A stretch of DNA of 63,423 nucleotides, the filler included. It is 4 parts of 4 records of this genome, joined end to end, with 100 filler letters (N's around TTAATTAATTAA, not from the genome) between each part and the next. Parts side by side here need not be neighbours in the genome. Positions count along the whole stretch, not along the records: positions 1 to 27,800 come from SRR20825010_891; 3 more parts are not named here. One strand, given 5' to 3'. Position 1 is the first letter of the stretch, and the number at the start of each line of letters is the position of its first letter. The notes under the pieces were generated by a model. That model saw nothing but the letters and a program-made list of their open reading frames with translations, had not been told where the DNA came from and ran no database searches. Of the stretch, positions 1-9,236 are shown one piece after another. The translations under genes were made by a program, and so were the position numbers.

Positions 1-28
1 TGGTGTCCGGATTCATTAGACCACTACA
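1..28. mobile_element. Probable terminal inverted repeat of an IS3-family insertion sequence at the contig edge
   Basis: Reverse complement reads TGTAGTGGTCTAATGAATCCGGACACCA with a TG terminus, resembling IS3-family ends as I recall them; no transposase in the window. Confidence 0.55.
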
Positions 29-144
29 CCGACGGAAACCGCCTGTTATAACAGCACCTTGTAGTACCATAACTAAGTTCATAGACAGAGCGTAAAGAAA
101 GGTTCCGTTGAAAACGGCCCAAGGCTAGTGAGGCACCCGCTTTC

Positions 145-873
145 CTACCTTTGATAATTAAAGCGCCCTTGCGCCAAAAACACCTTCACCTGCTCAATCA
201 CGTCCCTATTCCGCATCATGAACGGATGCGTCACCGGCAGGACCAGATGATCCTTCATACCTTCGACTTTGGTCCTTTCCACGGTGACCTTGCCATCGTT
301 CGGGCCGGGTAATTGCGTGGAGAGCAGGAAGTTGATGGTCTGATTGCCGGCGATGATGCCGACAGGGAAATCCACCGGACCGAGCTGAGTGGGAACGCTG
401 TCCGCGCCGGTGCCCATCTGGCTGCCGGCGGGACCGTTGAACCATTGAAATGGTGCCCAGGCACCCAAACGATCCACCACTTCGCTGCCCTGATTTGGCG
501 GGCCGAGCATCACGGTTCGGCCAAGGCGGGGAATGGTGTGTTCGCTGAGGTACTGGCGCAGCAGGATGCCGCCCATGGAGTGGGTAACGAAATGGACGCT
601 GCCTTCGTCGGGGCATTGCGCTAACGCAGCGGGAAGGGTCTCCGCCGCGAGGGTTTGAATAGGGTGTTTTGTCGAGGGGTAACCCTGGTTCACCACCGTA
701 TAACCGGTTTTATCCAGGGCGGTTTCCATTTTCTTCATGGCATGGGCGGTTCTGGCCAGGCCATGAAGCAGCACAACACACTGCGGTTCTTTCATGTTTT
801 CCTCCGCCTGTGCTGCGGGCCAGGCCAGCAGGCACGCAAACGAAAACGCCAGCGTCCCTGCCCGGCCACTCAC
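145..873 (-). CDS. Secreted alpha/beta-fold hydrolase (lipase/esterase-like)
   Basis: Signal peptide (AQA), LLHG oxyanion motif, THSMGG nucleophile elbow, DG and H catalytic motifs. Confidence 0.85.
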   Translation of the reverse strand: MSGRAGTLAFSFACLLAWPAAQAEENMKEPQCVVLLHGLARTAHAMKKMETALDKTGYTVVNQGYPSTKHPIQTLAAETLPAALAQCPDEGSVHFVTHSMGGILLRQYLSEHTIPRLGRTVMLGPPNQGSEVVDRLGAWAPFQWFNGPAGSQMGTGADSVPTQLGPVDFPVGIIAGNQTINFLLSTQLPGPNDGKVTVERTKVEGMKDHLVLPVTHPFMMRNRDVIEQVKVFLAQGRFNYQR

Positions 874-877
874 GGGT

Positions 878-2005
878 CTAACCTAGCTGTTCCAGCGCAG
901 TCTTGAGGCGGGCAACCGCTGCATCCACATCACCGAGCTTGTCCAGGCCGAACAAGCCCACGCGGAAGGTCTTGAAGTCCGCCGGTTCGTCGCACATGAG
1001 CGGCACACCGCCGGCGGTCTGCAGGCCTTGCGCGATAAACGCAGCACCGCTTTTGATGCCATCGTCACCGGTGTAGGACACCACCACACCCGGGGCTTCA
1101 AAACCCGGGGCGGCGACGCTGGCAAAGCCGTGCTCGGCCATCAGGGCGCGTACGGCCTTGCCCAGCTGCCACTGTTCGGCTTTAACGGTCTCCAGTCCGC
1201 GCTCCACGGTTTCCATCATGGTGTCGCGGAAACCGGTCAACGCATCAGTAGGCATGGTGGCGTGGTAGGCGTGGCCACCGTTTTCATAAGCAATCATGAT
1301 GTCGCGCCATTTGCGTAGGTCGCAGGCGAAGCTGGTGCTGGTGGTTTCGTGCAGGCGCTTTTCTGCGGCCTCACTGAGCATGACCAGGGCGCTGCAGGGC
1401 GAGCTGCTCCAGCCTTTTTGTGGCGCGCTGATCAGCACGTCGACGCCACAAGCCTGCATATCCACCCAGATGGTGCCGGAAGCGATACAGTCGAGCACGA
1501 ACAAGCCACCTACACTATGCACTGCCTCCGCCACCTGCTTGATGTAGTCATCGGGCAAAATGATGCCGGAAGCCGTTTCCACATGGGGCGCAAACACCAT
1601 GGCCGGTTTTTCAGCCTTAATAGTTGCGACCACCTCTTCAATGGGCGCCGGAGCGAACGCGGCTTGCGGCTGGTCATTGACCGGGGAAGCCTTGAGGACG
1701 GTTTCCTTCGACGGAATCTTGCCCATCTCGAAAATCTGGCTCCAGCGGAAGCTGAAAAAACCGTTACGGATTACGAGGCAGGACTGATCGGTGGCGAACT
1801 GACGCGCTACCGCTTCCATGCCATAGCTGCCGCCACCGGGCACCACCGCCACGGAATGCGCGTTATAGACCTGCTTCAGGGTCGACGAGATATCCCGCAT
1901 CACTTGCTGGAAACGCTGTGACATATGGTTCAGGGAACGGTCGGTGAAAACCACGGAGTATTCGAGCAGACCGTCACGGTCAAAATCGCGGGGTAAAGCG
2001 GGCAC
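878..2005 (-). CDS. Class V PLP-dependent aminotransferase (serine-pyruvate/alanine-glyoxylate type)
   Basis: HVETASG, LDCIAS and SAPQKG (PLP lysine) motifs. Confidence 0.88.
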   Translation of the reverse strand: MPALPRDFDRDGLLEYSVVFTDRSLNHMSQRFQQVMRDISSTLKQVYNAHSVAVVPGGGSYGMEAVARQFATDQSCLVIRNGFFSFRWSQIFEMGKIPSKETVLKASPVNDQPQAAFAPAPIEEVVATIKAEKPAMVFAPHVETASGIILPDDYIKQVAEAVHSVGGLFVLDCIASGTIWVDMQACGVDVLISAPQKGWSSSPCSALVMLSEAAEKRLHETTSTSFACDLRKWRDIMIAYENGGHAYHATMPTDALTGFRDTMMETVERGLETVKAEQWQLGKAVRALMAEHGFASVAAPGFEAPGVVVSYTGDDGIKSGAAFIAQGLQTAGGVPLMCDEPADFKTFRVGLFGLDKLGDVDAAVARLKTALEQLG

Positions 2006-2290
2006 GGGTCTCTCCCAATCAGCCAGGTTACGGGTACGGGGTTTTTCGTCTGTCTTGGATACTGGATTGACCGGCGCACCGCAACCGTTTGCCCGCCTTC
2101 AACCGCAAAATAGTGGCAAAAGCCGGCTCAACTGTTCAAAAGACGGCCAATGACCTGTACTCCCTTGTCTATTAAGCTTATTCGCTATCATTCTTGAGCG
2201 TATACAGGCGCTGCCTCATACTATGCGCCCTTGATGACATGTAAACATGGCGTCTACTCCTATTTTTTCGGCAAGCGAGCCTGCGATCAC

Positions 2291-2875
2291 ATGACTGAGT
2301 ACGTCCTGATTCTGATCAGCGCTGTGCTGGTAAACAATTTCGTGCTGGTGCAGTTCCTCGGGCTGTGTCCGTTTATGGGGGTGTCCAATAAAGTGGAAAC
2401 CGCCATGGGCATGTCCTTGGCCACTACTTTCGTGCTGACGCTGTCCTCGGTGCTTGCCTACCTGACCTGGGCCTACATTCTGGTGCCCTTTGAGCTGGAA
2501 TACCTGCGCACCATCAGCTTTATTCTGGTGATTGCGGTGGCCGTGCAGTTCACCGAAATGTTCGTGAAAAAAGCCAGCCCGCTGCTCTACCGGGTGCTCG
2601 GGGTCTTTTTGCCGCTGATCACTTCCAACTGTGCGGTGCTAGGCGTGGCCTTGCTGAATGTGCGCCAGGAAGATGCCACCTTTATGTCCTCTCTGACCTA
2701 CGGTTTCGGGGCTGCGCTGGGCTTTTCCCTGGTGCTGATCCTGTTTGCCGCCATGCGCGAACGCATTGCCGTGGCCGATGTACCCGAAGCCTTTCGCGGC
2801 CCCAGCATCGGCCTGATCACCGCCGGTCTCATGTCACTGGCATTCATGGGCTTTTCCGGGTTGATCAAGTTATGA
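2291..2875 (+). CDS. rnfA: Rnf electron transport complex subunit A
   Basis: [19 protein letters not shown] and [12 protein letters not shown] motifs; ATG at 2291. Confidence 0.96.
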   Translation: MTEYVLILISAVLVNNFVLVQFLGLCPFMGVSNKVETAMGMSLATTFVLTLSSVLAYLTWAYILVPFELEYLRTISFILVIAVAVQFTEMFVKKASPLLYRVLGVFLPLITSNCAVLGVALLNVRQEDATFMSSLTYGFGAALGFSLVLILFAAMRERIAVADVPEAFRGPSIGLITAGLMSLAFMGFSGLIKL

Positions 2876-2937
2876 GAAGCCGCTTGCATGCAAACACGCA
2901 TCACGCCTGCACGCAGATAAATGGAGTGCGCCCATGA
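2872..2937 (+). CDS. 21-aa spacer mini-ORF ([21 protein letters not shown]) coupled to rnfA and rnfB
   Basis: ATG overlaps the rnfA TGA (ATGA 2872-2875); its TGA overlaps the rnfB ATG (ATGA 2934-2937); contains CACGC-type ~7-nt repeats. Confidence 0.55.
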   Translation: MRSRLHANTHHACTQINGVRP

Positions 2938-3518
2938 CCGCTGTGTTAATCGCTGTGGCAGCGTTGTTGGCTTTGGCGGCTGTGTTCGGTGCCGTGCTCG
3001 GCTTTGCTTCGGAAAAATTCAAGGTAGAAGGCGACCCGATCGTCGAGCAGATTGACTCGCTGCTGCCGCAAACCCAGTGCGGTCAGTGTGGCCACCCGGG
3101 CTGCCGCCCCTATGCGGAAGCCATTGCCGAGGGCGAAGAACACAATCGCTGCCCACCAGGCGGGCAGGACACCGTGGTGGCGCTGTCCGAATTACTCGGC
3201 CGTGAAGAACTGACACTGGATAATGAAGGCGCAGAAGACGCCAACGTGGCCAAGGTCGCCTACATCCGCGAAGACGAGTGCATTGGTTGCACCAAATGCA
3301 TCCAGGCCTGCCCGGTGGATGCCATCGTCGGCGCCGCCAAGTTGATGCACACCGTCATTGTTAATGAATGCACCGGCTGCGACCTCTGTGTGGAACCCTG
3401 TCCGGTGGACTGTATCGATATGCTGGAAGTGAAGCCGACCTTGCAAACCTGGGGCTGGCAGCGCCCGGCCGGGATTGGTGAGCGCCCGGACAGCCGCATT
3501 GAGGTGGTGAATTTATGA
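2934..3518 (+). CDS. rnfB: Rnf subunit B (ferredoxin-like)
   Basis: N-terminal TM helix, [14 protein letters not shown] and two CxxCxxCxxxCP clusters. Confidence 0.96.
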   Translation: MTAVLIAVAALLALAAVFGAVLGFASEKFKVEGDPIVEQIDSLLPQTQCGQCGHPGCRPYAEAIAEGEEHNRCPPGGQDTVVALSELLGREELTLDNEGAEDANVAKVAYIREDECIGCTKCIQACPVDAIVGAAKLMHTVIVNECTGCDLCVEPCPVDCIDMLEVKPTLQTWGWQRPAGIGERPDSRIEVVNL

Positions 3519-3604
3519 GACGCCAGACGCAGGACGCCGAACGCATGACGCTTGTGCCGTGCCACTCTGATTTGCCCCTGCATGGCCGGAGATTGTTGCC
3601 ATGA
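3515..3604 (+). CDS. 29-aa spacer mini-ORF ([29 protein letters not shown]) coupled to rnfB and rnfC
   Basis: ATGA overlap with the rnfB stop (3515-3518) and the rnfC start (3601-3604); GAGGTG SD-like motif upstream; five GACGCnn-type heptamers. Confidence 0.55.
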   Translation: MRRQTQDAERMTLVPCHSDLPLHGRRLLP

Positions 3605-3685
3605 GCCAAGCGCAAACAAACAAAACCCGAAAAACGCGCTCTGTTTTTGCGCGTCTGGCATCGGGCATTCGGCGTCCTGCGTCCA
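3519..3685. repeat. Inverted pair of heptamer arrays spanning the rnfC start
   Basis: gacgcca gacgcag gacgccg aacgcat gacgctt (3519-3553) and gcgtctg gcatcgg gcattcg gcgtcct gcgtcca (3651-3685); perfect 16-bp IR at 3526-3541/3668-3683. Confidence 0.8.
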
Positions 3686-6567
3686 TTCATGACTTCCATG
3701 GCGGCATCCACCCGCCGGAAATGAAACACCTGTCCAACGGCACGCCCATCACCGCCGGCCCGCTACCGCAACAGCTGATATTACCGCTGAACATGCACAT
3801 CGGCGCACCGGCCAAACCGCTGGTGGCACCCGGTGACAAGGTTCTCAAAGGACAGATGATTGCCGAGCCCATCGGTGCCGTAAGCGCCGCGATCCATGCG
3901 CCAACCTCCGGTACGGTCAGCGCCATTGGTCCGCGCCCCATTCAACACCCCTCAGGCATGGATGCGGTCTGTATCGTCATCGACACCGATGGCGAAGATC
4001 AGTGGATTGAGCATCAGGGCACCATCGACTACACCGAAAAAAGCCCGGCTGAACTGGTCGATTTGATTCGCCACGCCGGCATTGCCGGTATGGGCGGCGC
4101 AGGCTTTCCTACCAGCATCAAGGTAAACCTTGGCGACCATCAGCGCGTCGAGCAGCTAATCATCAATGCGGTGGAGTGCGAACCCTACATCACCGCCGAC
4201 GATCGCCTGATGCGCGAACGCGCCGCGCAAATCATCACCGGCATCCATATTCTTCAGTATTTGCTCAACCCCCGTCGCACCTTAATCGGCATCGAAGACA
4301 ACAAGCCCGAGGCCATTTCCGCGATCAAGCGGGCCTGCAAGGGCTGCGATATCGAAGTGCGCGTAGTGCCCACCAAATACCCCTCCGGCGGCGAGAAGCA
4401 GCTGATTCAGTTGCTCACCGGCAAGGAAGTCGCCAGTGGTCAATTGCCCGCCCAAGTCGGTGTGGTCTGCCAGAACGTGGGCACCGCCTATGCCATCAAG
4501 CGGGCCGTATGTGATGGCGAACCATTGATTTCCCGGGTCACCACCCTCACCGGCGACGGCGTCAGCCAGCCCGGTAACTACGAGGTGCTGCTGGGCACCC
4601 CGGTGCGCGACTTACTGGCACACGGCAATCTGGCTGGGCTGGACATCGGCCGGCTGGTCATGGGTGGGCCAATGATGGGCTTCACCCTGCACAACCCGGG
4701 CGTGCCCGTGGTGAAAACCACAAACTGCATCATCGCCGCCAGCCCGGAAGAACTGCCGGAACCGCCACCGGAGCAGCCCTGCATTCGCTGTGGCTCCTGC
4801 GCGGAAGTGTGCCCGGCCAACCTGCTACCCCAGCAACTGTACTGGCACGCCAAAAATGACGATCTGGAAAAAGCGCAGCATCACAATCTCATGGACTGCA
4901 TCGAATGCGGTGCCTGCGCCTATGTCTGCCCCAGCCATATCCCGTTGGTGCAGTACTATCGCTATGCCAAGGCCGAAGTCCGTCAGCAGGCGGCGGATCA
5001 GGTAAAAGCCGACAAGGCCCGCCAGCGCTTCGAAGCGCGCCAGGCACGCATTGAACAGGAGCAGGCGGAAAAAGAAGCCCGCCGGCAGGCGCGCCTGGAA
5101 GCCAACCGCAAGAAGAAAGAAGCCGGCCCGGCAGCGGCCAGCACCGTGGATGTGGCCGCGCTGAAGCAAGCTTCACTGGACGCTTCCAAAGCCTACAAAG
5201 CGGCGGTGAAAGCGGCCAAGGCTGCTGAGGCGGAAGGCGCCGACAACCTGGCTGAGCTGAAAGCCGAAGCGGACCGCCTTAAAGCCGTGGCAGACAAGGC
5301 CAAAGCGGCTGTGCGTGATGCCAAAGACGGCGCCCCCGTTGCGGCAGCTCCCGCAGAAGATACGGTGGCCAAGCTCAAGAAACAGGTCGGTGATGCCTCC
5401 AGCGCTTATAAGGCGGCAGTGAAAGTGGCCAAGGCCGCCGAAGCGGAAGGCGCTGACAATGTGGCTGAGTTGAAAGCCGAAGCAGACCAACTAAAAGCCG
5501 CCGCCGATGCACTCAAGGCGGAACTGCGCGAGGCCAAGACCAATGCCCCCGCCTCTGCCGCGACCGTCGCTCAGGCGGATCCGGTAGCCGAGTTGAAAAA
5601 ACAGGTCGGTGACGCCTCCTCCGCCTACAAGGCCGCCGTCAAAGCCGCCAAGCAAGCAGACGAAGACGGCGCTGATAATGCGGCGGACCTGCGTGCCGAA
5701 GCGGATCGCCTGAAAGCAGTGGCGGATCAATTGAAAGCCGATCTGCGTGACGCCAAGGCCAACGCACCGGCATCCCCTGCTCCTGTCGCACCCACAGCCT
5801 CTACCGCAGCGGCGGCCGAACAACCGGATCCGGTAGCCGCGTTGAAGAAGCAAGTTGGTGATGCCTCACTGGCCTACAAGGCGGCGGTAAAAGCGGCCAA
5901 GCAAGCCGACGAAGACGGCGCCGGCAACGCGGCAGACCTGCACAGCGAAGCCGGCCGGCTGAAAGCCATCGCGGATCAGCTAAAGGTAGAGCTGCGCGAT
6001 GCCAAGGCCGCAGCACCGCCCACGCCGAAAGCGGCGCCGGCAACAACCGCCACCACGGATAGCCCCGCCGTGCCGGAAGAACAGGCACCGCAATCATTGG
6101 CCGAGGTGGATCCAGAGCAGGCAGCCAAGCGCCAGAAACGACTGAAGGGCCTGAAAACCGCCTATAACATGGCGCACAAACAATACAAGGAAGCCCACGC
6201 TGCCTACGAGCGCGCCGAGCGTAATGAAACCGCCAGCGCCGACGAACTTCAGGCTATGCAAGGCAAGATCGACAAGCTCAAGGCCAAGGCGGACAACGCC
6301 CGCGATGCGCTGGACGCACTCGTCGAAGAAGCCAAGGCGGATATCCGCGCCCATACCGGCAAGGATTTGAAAACCCTGAAGCTGGAAGCTGCGCGTGCAG
6401 AAAGCGCCCTGGCCGATAAGCAGCAGGAACTGGAACAGCAACGCAGCAGCGCATCAGAAGACACTCTGGAAGCCCTTAGCTCAGAACTCCAGGCCCTGGA
6501 AAGCGAAACCCAGATTGCCCGCAAGGCGCTCAAGCAGGCGGTAGAAGAACAAGGATTGGCAGAATGA
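3601..6567 (+). CDS. rnfC: Rnf subunit C with a very long repetitive helical C-terminal extension
   Basis: FHGGIHPPEMK, GMGGAGFPT, ECEPYITADD, KYPSGGEKQL and two 4Fe-4S motifs. Confidence 0.96.
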   Translation: MSQAQTNKTRKTRSVFARLASGIRRPASIHDFHGGIHPPEMKHLSNGTPITAGPLPQQLILPLNMHIGAPAKPLVAPGDKVLKGQMIAEPIGAVSAAIHAPTSGTVSAIGPRPIQHPSGMDAVCIVIDTDGEDQWIEHQGTIDYTEKSPAELVDLIRHAGIAGMGGAGFPTSIKVNLGDHQRVEQLIINAVECEPYITADDRLMRERAAQIITGIHILQYLLNPRRTLIGIEDNKPEAISAIKRACKGCDIEVRVVPTKYPSGGEKQLIQLLTGKEVASGQLPAQVGVVCQNVGTAYAIKRAVCDGEPLISRVTTLTGDGVSQPGNYEVLLGTPVRDLLAHGNLAGLDIGRLVMGGPMMGFTLHNPGVPVVKTTNCIIAASPEELPEPPPEQPCIRCGSCAEVCPANLLPQQLYWHAKNDDLEKAQHHNLMDCIECGACAYVCPSHIPLVQYYRYAKAEVRQQAADQVKADKARQRFEARQARIEQEQAEKEARRQARLEANRKKKEAGPAAASTVDVAALKQASLDASKAYKAAVKAAKAAEAEGADNLAELKAEADRLKAVADKAKAAVRDAKDGAPVAAAPAEDTVAKLKKQVGDASSAYKAAVKVAKAAEAEGADNVAELKAEADQLKAAADALKAELREAKTNAPASAATVAQADPVAELKKQVGDASSAYKAAVKAAKQADEDGADNAADLRAEADRLKAVADQLKADLRDAKANAPASPAPVAPTASTAAAAEQPDPVAALKKQVGDASLAYKAAVKAAKQADEDGAGNAADLHSEAGRLKAIADQLKVELRDAKAAAPPTPKAAPATTATTDSPAVPEEQAPQSLAEVDPEQAAKRQKRLKGLKTAYNMAHKQYKEAHAAYERAERNETASADELQAMQGKIDKLKAKADNARDALDALVEEAKADIRAHTGKDLKTLKLEAARAESALADKQQELEQQRSSASEDTLEALSSELQALESETQIARKALKQAVEEQGLAE
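5152..6006 (+). repeat. Four ~58-aa intragenic helical repeats in RnfC separated by Ala/Pro linkers
   Basis: VAxLKKQVGDASSAYKAAVKAAK...EADRLKAVAD.LKA.LRDAK units start at about 5152, 5365, 5584 and 5833. Confidence 0.92.
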
Positions 6568-6665
6568 CACAACGCTGGCACGCCATCACGCAACAGGCTT
6601 CACGGGGAAAAGCGCTAGGGCGAAAATTCTCCGCCGTCAGAACGGCAAAGGCTGAACCGGCATGA
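6564..6665 (+). CDS. 33-aa spacer mini-ORF (MTQRWHAITQQASRGKALGRKFSAVRTAKAEPA) coupled to rnfC and rnfD
   Basis: ATGA overlap with the rnfC stop (6564-6567) and the rnfD start (6662-6665); degenerate CACGC-type ~7-nt repeats. Confidence 0.55.
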   Translation: MTQRWHAITQQASRGKALGRKFSAVRTAKAEPA

Positions 6666-7690
6666 GCCTGATTACGTCCACCTCACCCCATGCCACGGTG
6701 AAAAACAACACCGGTGCCTTCATGCGCCAGGTGATCTACGCCACCCTGCCAGGCCTTGCCGTCCTCACTTGGCAGTTCGGCTGGGGTTCGGTGATCAATG
6801 TGCTGTGGGCGGTCATCGTTGCGCTGGTCAGCGAGGCACTGTTCCTGAAAGCCCGAGGGCGCAACATCGCCTTCTACCTGAAAGACTACAGCGCCGTGGT
6901 CACCGCCGTTTTGCTCGGGCTCGCCCTGCCGCCCACCGCCCCCTGGTGGCTGACCCTGATCGGCGTGAGCTTTGCCATCATCGTGGCCAAGCAACTCTAT
7001 GGCGGGCTGGGCATGAACCCCTTCAACCCGGCCATGGTCGGTTATGTGCTGCTGCTGATTTCCTTCCCGGTGGCCATGACCCAGTGGCTGGCGCCCGGTG
7101 AGCCACTATCGTTTGTGCAAAGCTGGCAGCTGTTCACCGGACAGCTTCCGGTGGATGGCCTTAGCGGCGCCACTCCCCTGGACACGTTCCGCACGGTCCA
7201 GAGTTCTGCCACTGACACCGCAAACGCGCTGGCTAACCAGGGCATTCTGCATGGCCAGTTTGCCGGGCTGGGCTGGGAATGGGTCAATCTGGCGTTTCTG
7301 CTGGGCGGGCTGTATCTGATCAGCCGCAAGATCATCACCTGGCACATTCCCGTCGGCTTTCTCGCCGGCCTGGGCCTGCCTGCCCTGCTGGCCTGGCTGA
7401 TTGATCCGGTGCGCTTTGCGGATCCCCTCTTCCAGATGTTTTCCGGCGGCGCCATGCTGGGCGCGTTCTTTATCGCCACCGACCCGGTCAGCGCCGCCAC
7501 CAGCCGCACGGGCCGCCTGATCTATGCACTGCTGATCGGCGTGCTGATCTGGGTGATTCGCAGCTTTGGCGGCTACCCGGACGCGGTGGCGTTTTCGGTA
7601 TTGCTGTTGAACTTGTCTGCACCCTTTATTGATTACTACACCCAGCCGCGAACCTACGGGCACAAGTCATCCAATCGAGGGGTCAGCTGA
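6662..7690 (+). CDS. rnfD: Rnf subunit D
   Basis: AKQLYGGLGMNPFNPAMVG, SGATPL (FMN-Thr) and FFIATDPVS motifs. Confidence 0.96.
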   Translation: MSLITSTSPHATVKNNTGAFMRQVIYATLPGLAVLTWQFGWGSVINVLWAVIVALVSEALFLKARGRNIAFYLKDYSAVVTAVLLGLALPPTAPWWLTLIGVSFAIIVAKQLYGGLGMNPFNPAMVGYVLLLISFPVAMTQWLAPGEPLSFVQSWQLFTGQLPVDGLSGATPLDTFRTVQSSATDTANALANQGILHGQFAGLGWEWVNLAFLLGGLYLISRKIITWHIPVGFLAGLGLPALLAWLIDPVRFADPLFQMFSGGAMLGAFFIATDPVSAATSRTGRLIYALLIGVLIWVIRSFGGYPDAVAFSVLLLNLSAPFIDYYTQPRTYGHKSSNRGVS

Positions 7691-8337
7691 TGATGCGCCA
7701 TGCCATCACCAAGAACGCGGTCATCCTCGGGCTGTTTGCCATCGGTACCGCCGCCACCCTGGCCATTACCAACGAAGCCACGCTGGATCAGGTCCGTTGC
7801 AATAAACAACAAGCACTGATGACATCGCTGAACCAGGTCATGCCTCACGACCAGCACGACAACGATTTGCTCACCGACCGCATCACCGTGAGCGACCCGC
7901 TGCTGGGCCGCAACGAGCACCACCTCTATCGGGCCCGCCTCAATGGCGAGGACAACGGCGCCGTACTGGAAGCCACCGCGCCAGACGGTTACGGTGGCGC
8001 CATTGCCTTGATTGTTGGCGTGGATACGCAAGGGCAGGTCCAGGGCGTACGTGTGGTGCCGCCACACAATGAAACCCCGGGTCTGGGCGACAGCATCGAA
8101 ACCAAGAAATCCGACTGGATTCTGGGTTTCAACGGCCATTCTCTGGATAACCCCGGCCCATCGGGCTGGGCCGTGAAAAAAGATGGCGGCGACTTCGACA
8201 GCTTTACCGGCGCCACCATTACCCCTCGGGCGGTGGTCGGTGCAGTGCACCGTGCGTTGCAGTATTTTGCGGCCAACCAAAACAATCTCTTCAGTGCCCC
8301 TGCGGACACCACCCCGGTGGAGACCTGTGATGAGTGA
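7690..8337 (+). CDS. rnfG: Rnf subunit G
   Basis: [16 protein letters not shown] and [12 protein letters not shown] (FMN-Thr) motifs. Confidence 0.96.
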   Translation: MMRHAITKNAVILGLFAIGTAATLAITNEATLDQVRCNKQQALMTSLNQVMPHDQHDNDLLTDRITVSDPLLGRNEHHLYRARLNGEDNGAVLEATAPDGYGGAIALIVGVDTQGQVQGVRVVPPHNETPGLGDSIETKKSDWILGFNGHSLDNPGPSGWAVKKDGGDFDSFTGATITPRAVVGAVHRALQYFAANQNNLFSAPADTTPVETCDE

Positions 8338-9043
8338 TGTGAACTACAAAAAAATCAGCATGGATGGCTTGTGGAATAACAACCCTGCCACCGTGCAGAT
8401 TCTTGGCCTGTGTCCATTGCTTGCGGTCACCGGTTCCGTGGTGAATGCCATGGGCCTGGGCTTGGCAACACTAGTGGTGCTGATGGGCTCCAACGCCTGT
8501 GTCTCGCTGATTCGAAATTACGTCACTGATGCGGTGCGTCTACCCGCCTTTGTGATGATTATCGCCGCCATGGTGACGGTGATCGAAATGCTGATGCAGG
8601 CCTACACGTTCGAGCTGTACGAAATCCTCGGCATCTTCATTCCGCTGATCGTGACCAACTGCGCCGTGCTCGGCCGCGCCGATGCCTTTGCCAGCAAGAA
8701 TGCCATCCTGCCCTCCATGGTGGACGGTTTCATGATGGGCTTGGGCTTCCTGGTAATCCTGCTGATTCTGGGCGGCATGCGTGAACTGGTTGGCCAGGGC
8801 ACCCTGTTCACCAACATGCAGCTGCTGTTCGGGCCCATGGCGGCCAACTGGGAACTCACTGTCATCGACAACTACGGTGGTTTCCTGCTGGCCGTCCTGC
8901 CTCCCGGGGCCTTCCTGGGCCTGGGCCTGATCATCGCCGGCAAGAACGTGATCGACAAACACCTGAAAGAAGCCCAAAAACGTAAAGCCAGCGACGAACC
9001 CAAAGTCAGCCGCCGGGTACGCACCACCGGTAAAGTCAGTTAA
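8330..9043 (+). CDS. rnfE: Rnf subunit E
   Basis: [17 protein letters not shown] and PLIVTNC motifs; ATG at 8330 overlaps the end of rnfG. Confidence 0.96.
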   Translation: MSDVNYKKISMDGLWNNNPATVQILGLCPLLAVTGSVVNAMGLGLATLVVLMGSNACVSLIRNYVTDAVRLPAFVMIIAAMVTVIEMLMQAYTFELYEILGIFIPLIVTNCAVLGRADAFASKNAILPSMVDGFMMGLGFLVILLILGGMRELVGQGTLFTNMQLLFGPMAANWELTVIDNYGGFLLAVLPPGAFLGLGLIIAGKNVIDKHLKEAQKRKASDEPKVSRRVRTTGKVS

Positions 9044-9061
9044 GCGCACCACTGCACCCGC

Positions 9062-9236
9062 GTAGGAGCGTCGCCGGCGGCGCGATAAAGTCGTTCCGGG
9101 TCGCGAAAGCCTGAAACGTCTGCTCTTTGAGATTCTGCTTTTCGAAACTCGCTTCTCGCAACTCGCCGCTGTTGTTATCGCGCCGCTAGCGACACTTCTA
9201 CGGCAACCGTTTTCGCGGCTCAAGCGCCGCTCCTAC
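9062..9236. repeat. GTAG-family REP cluster (one forward and two reverse copies)
   Basis: GTAGGAGCGTCGCCGGCGGCGCGATAA (9062-9088) pairs with 9175-9201 (4 mismatches in 27); third copy TTCGCGGCTCAAGCGCCGCTCCTAC at 9212-9236. Confidence 0.8.

Noticed and set aside
5152-6006. Regularly spaced repeats as a possible CRISPR array or mobile repeat
   Set aside because: In-frame protein repeats with synonymous variation; no cas genes and no constant-length unique spacers
8183-8329. N-terminal extension of RnfE in the ORF track
   Set aside because: Overlaps rnfG; the ATG at 8330 fits the family start
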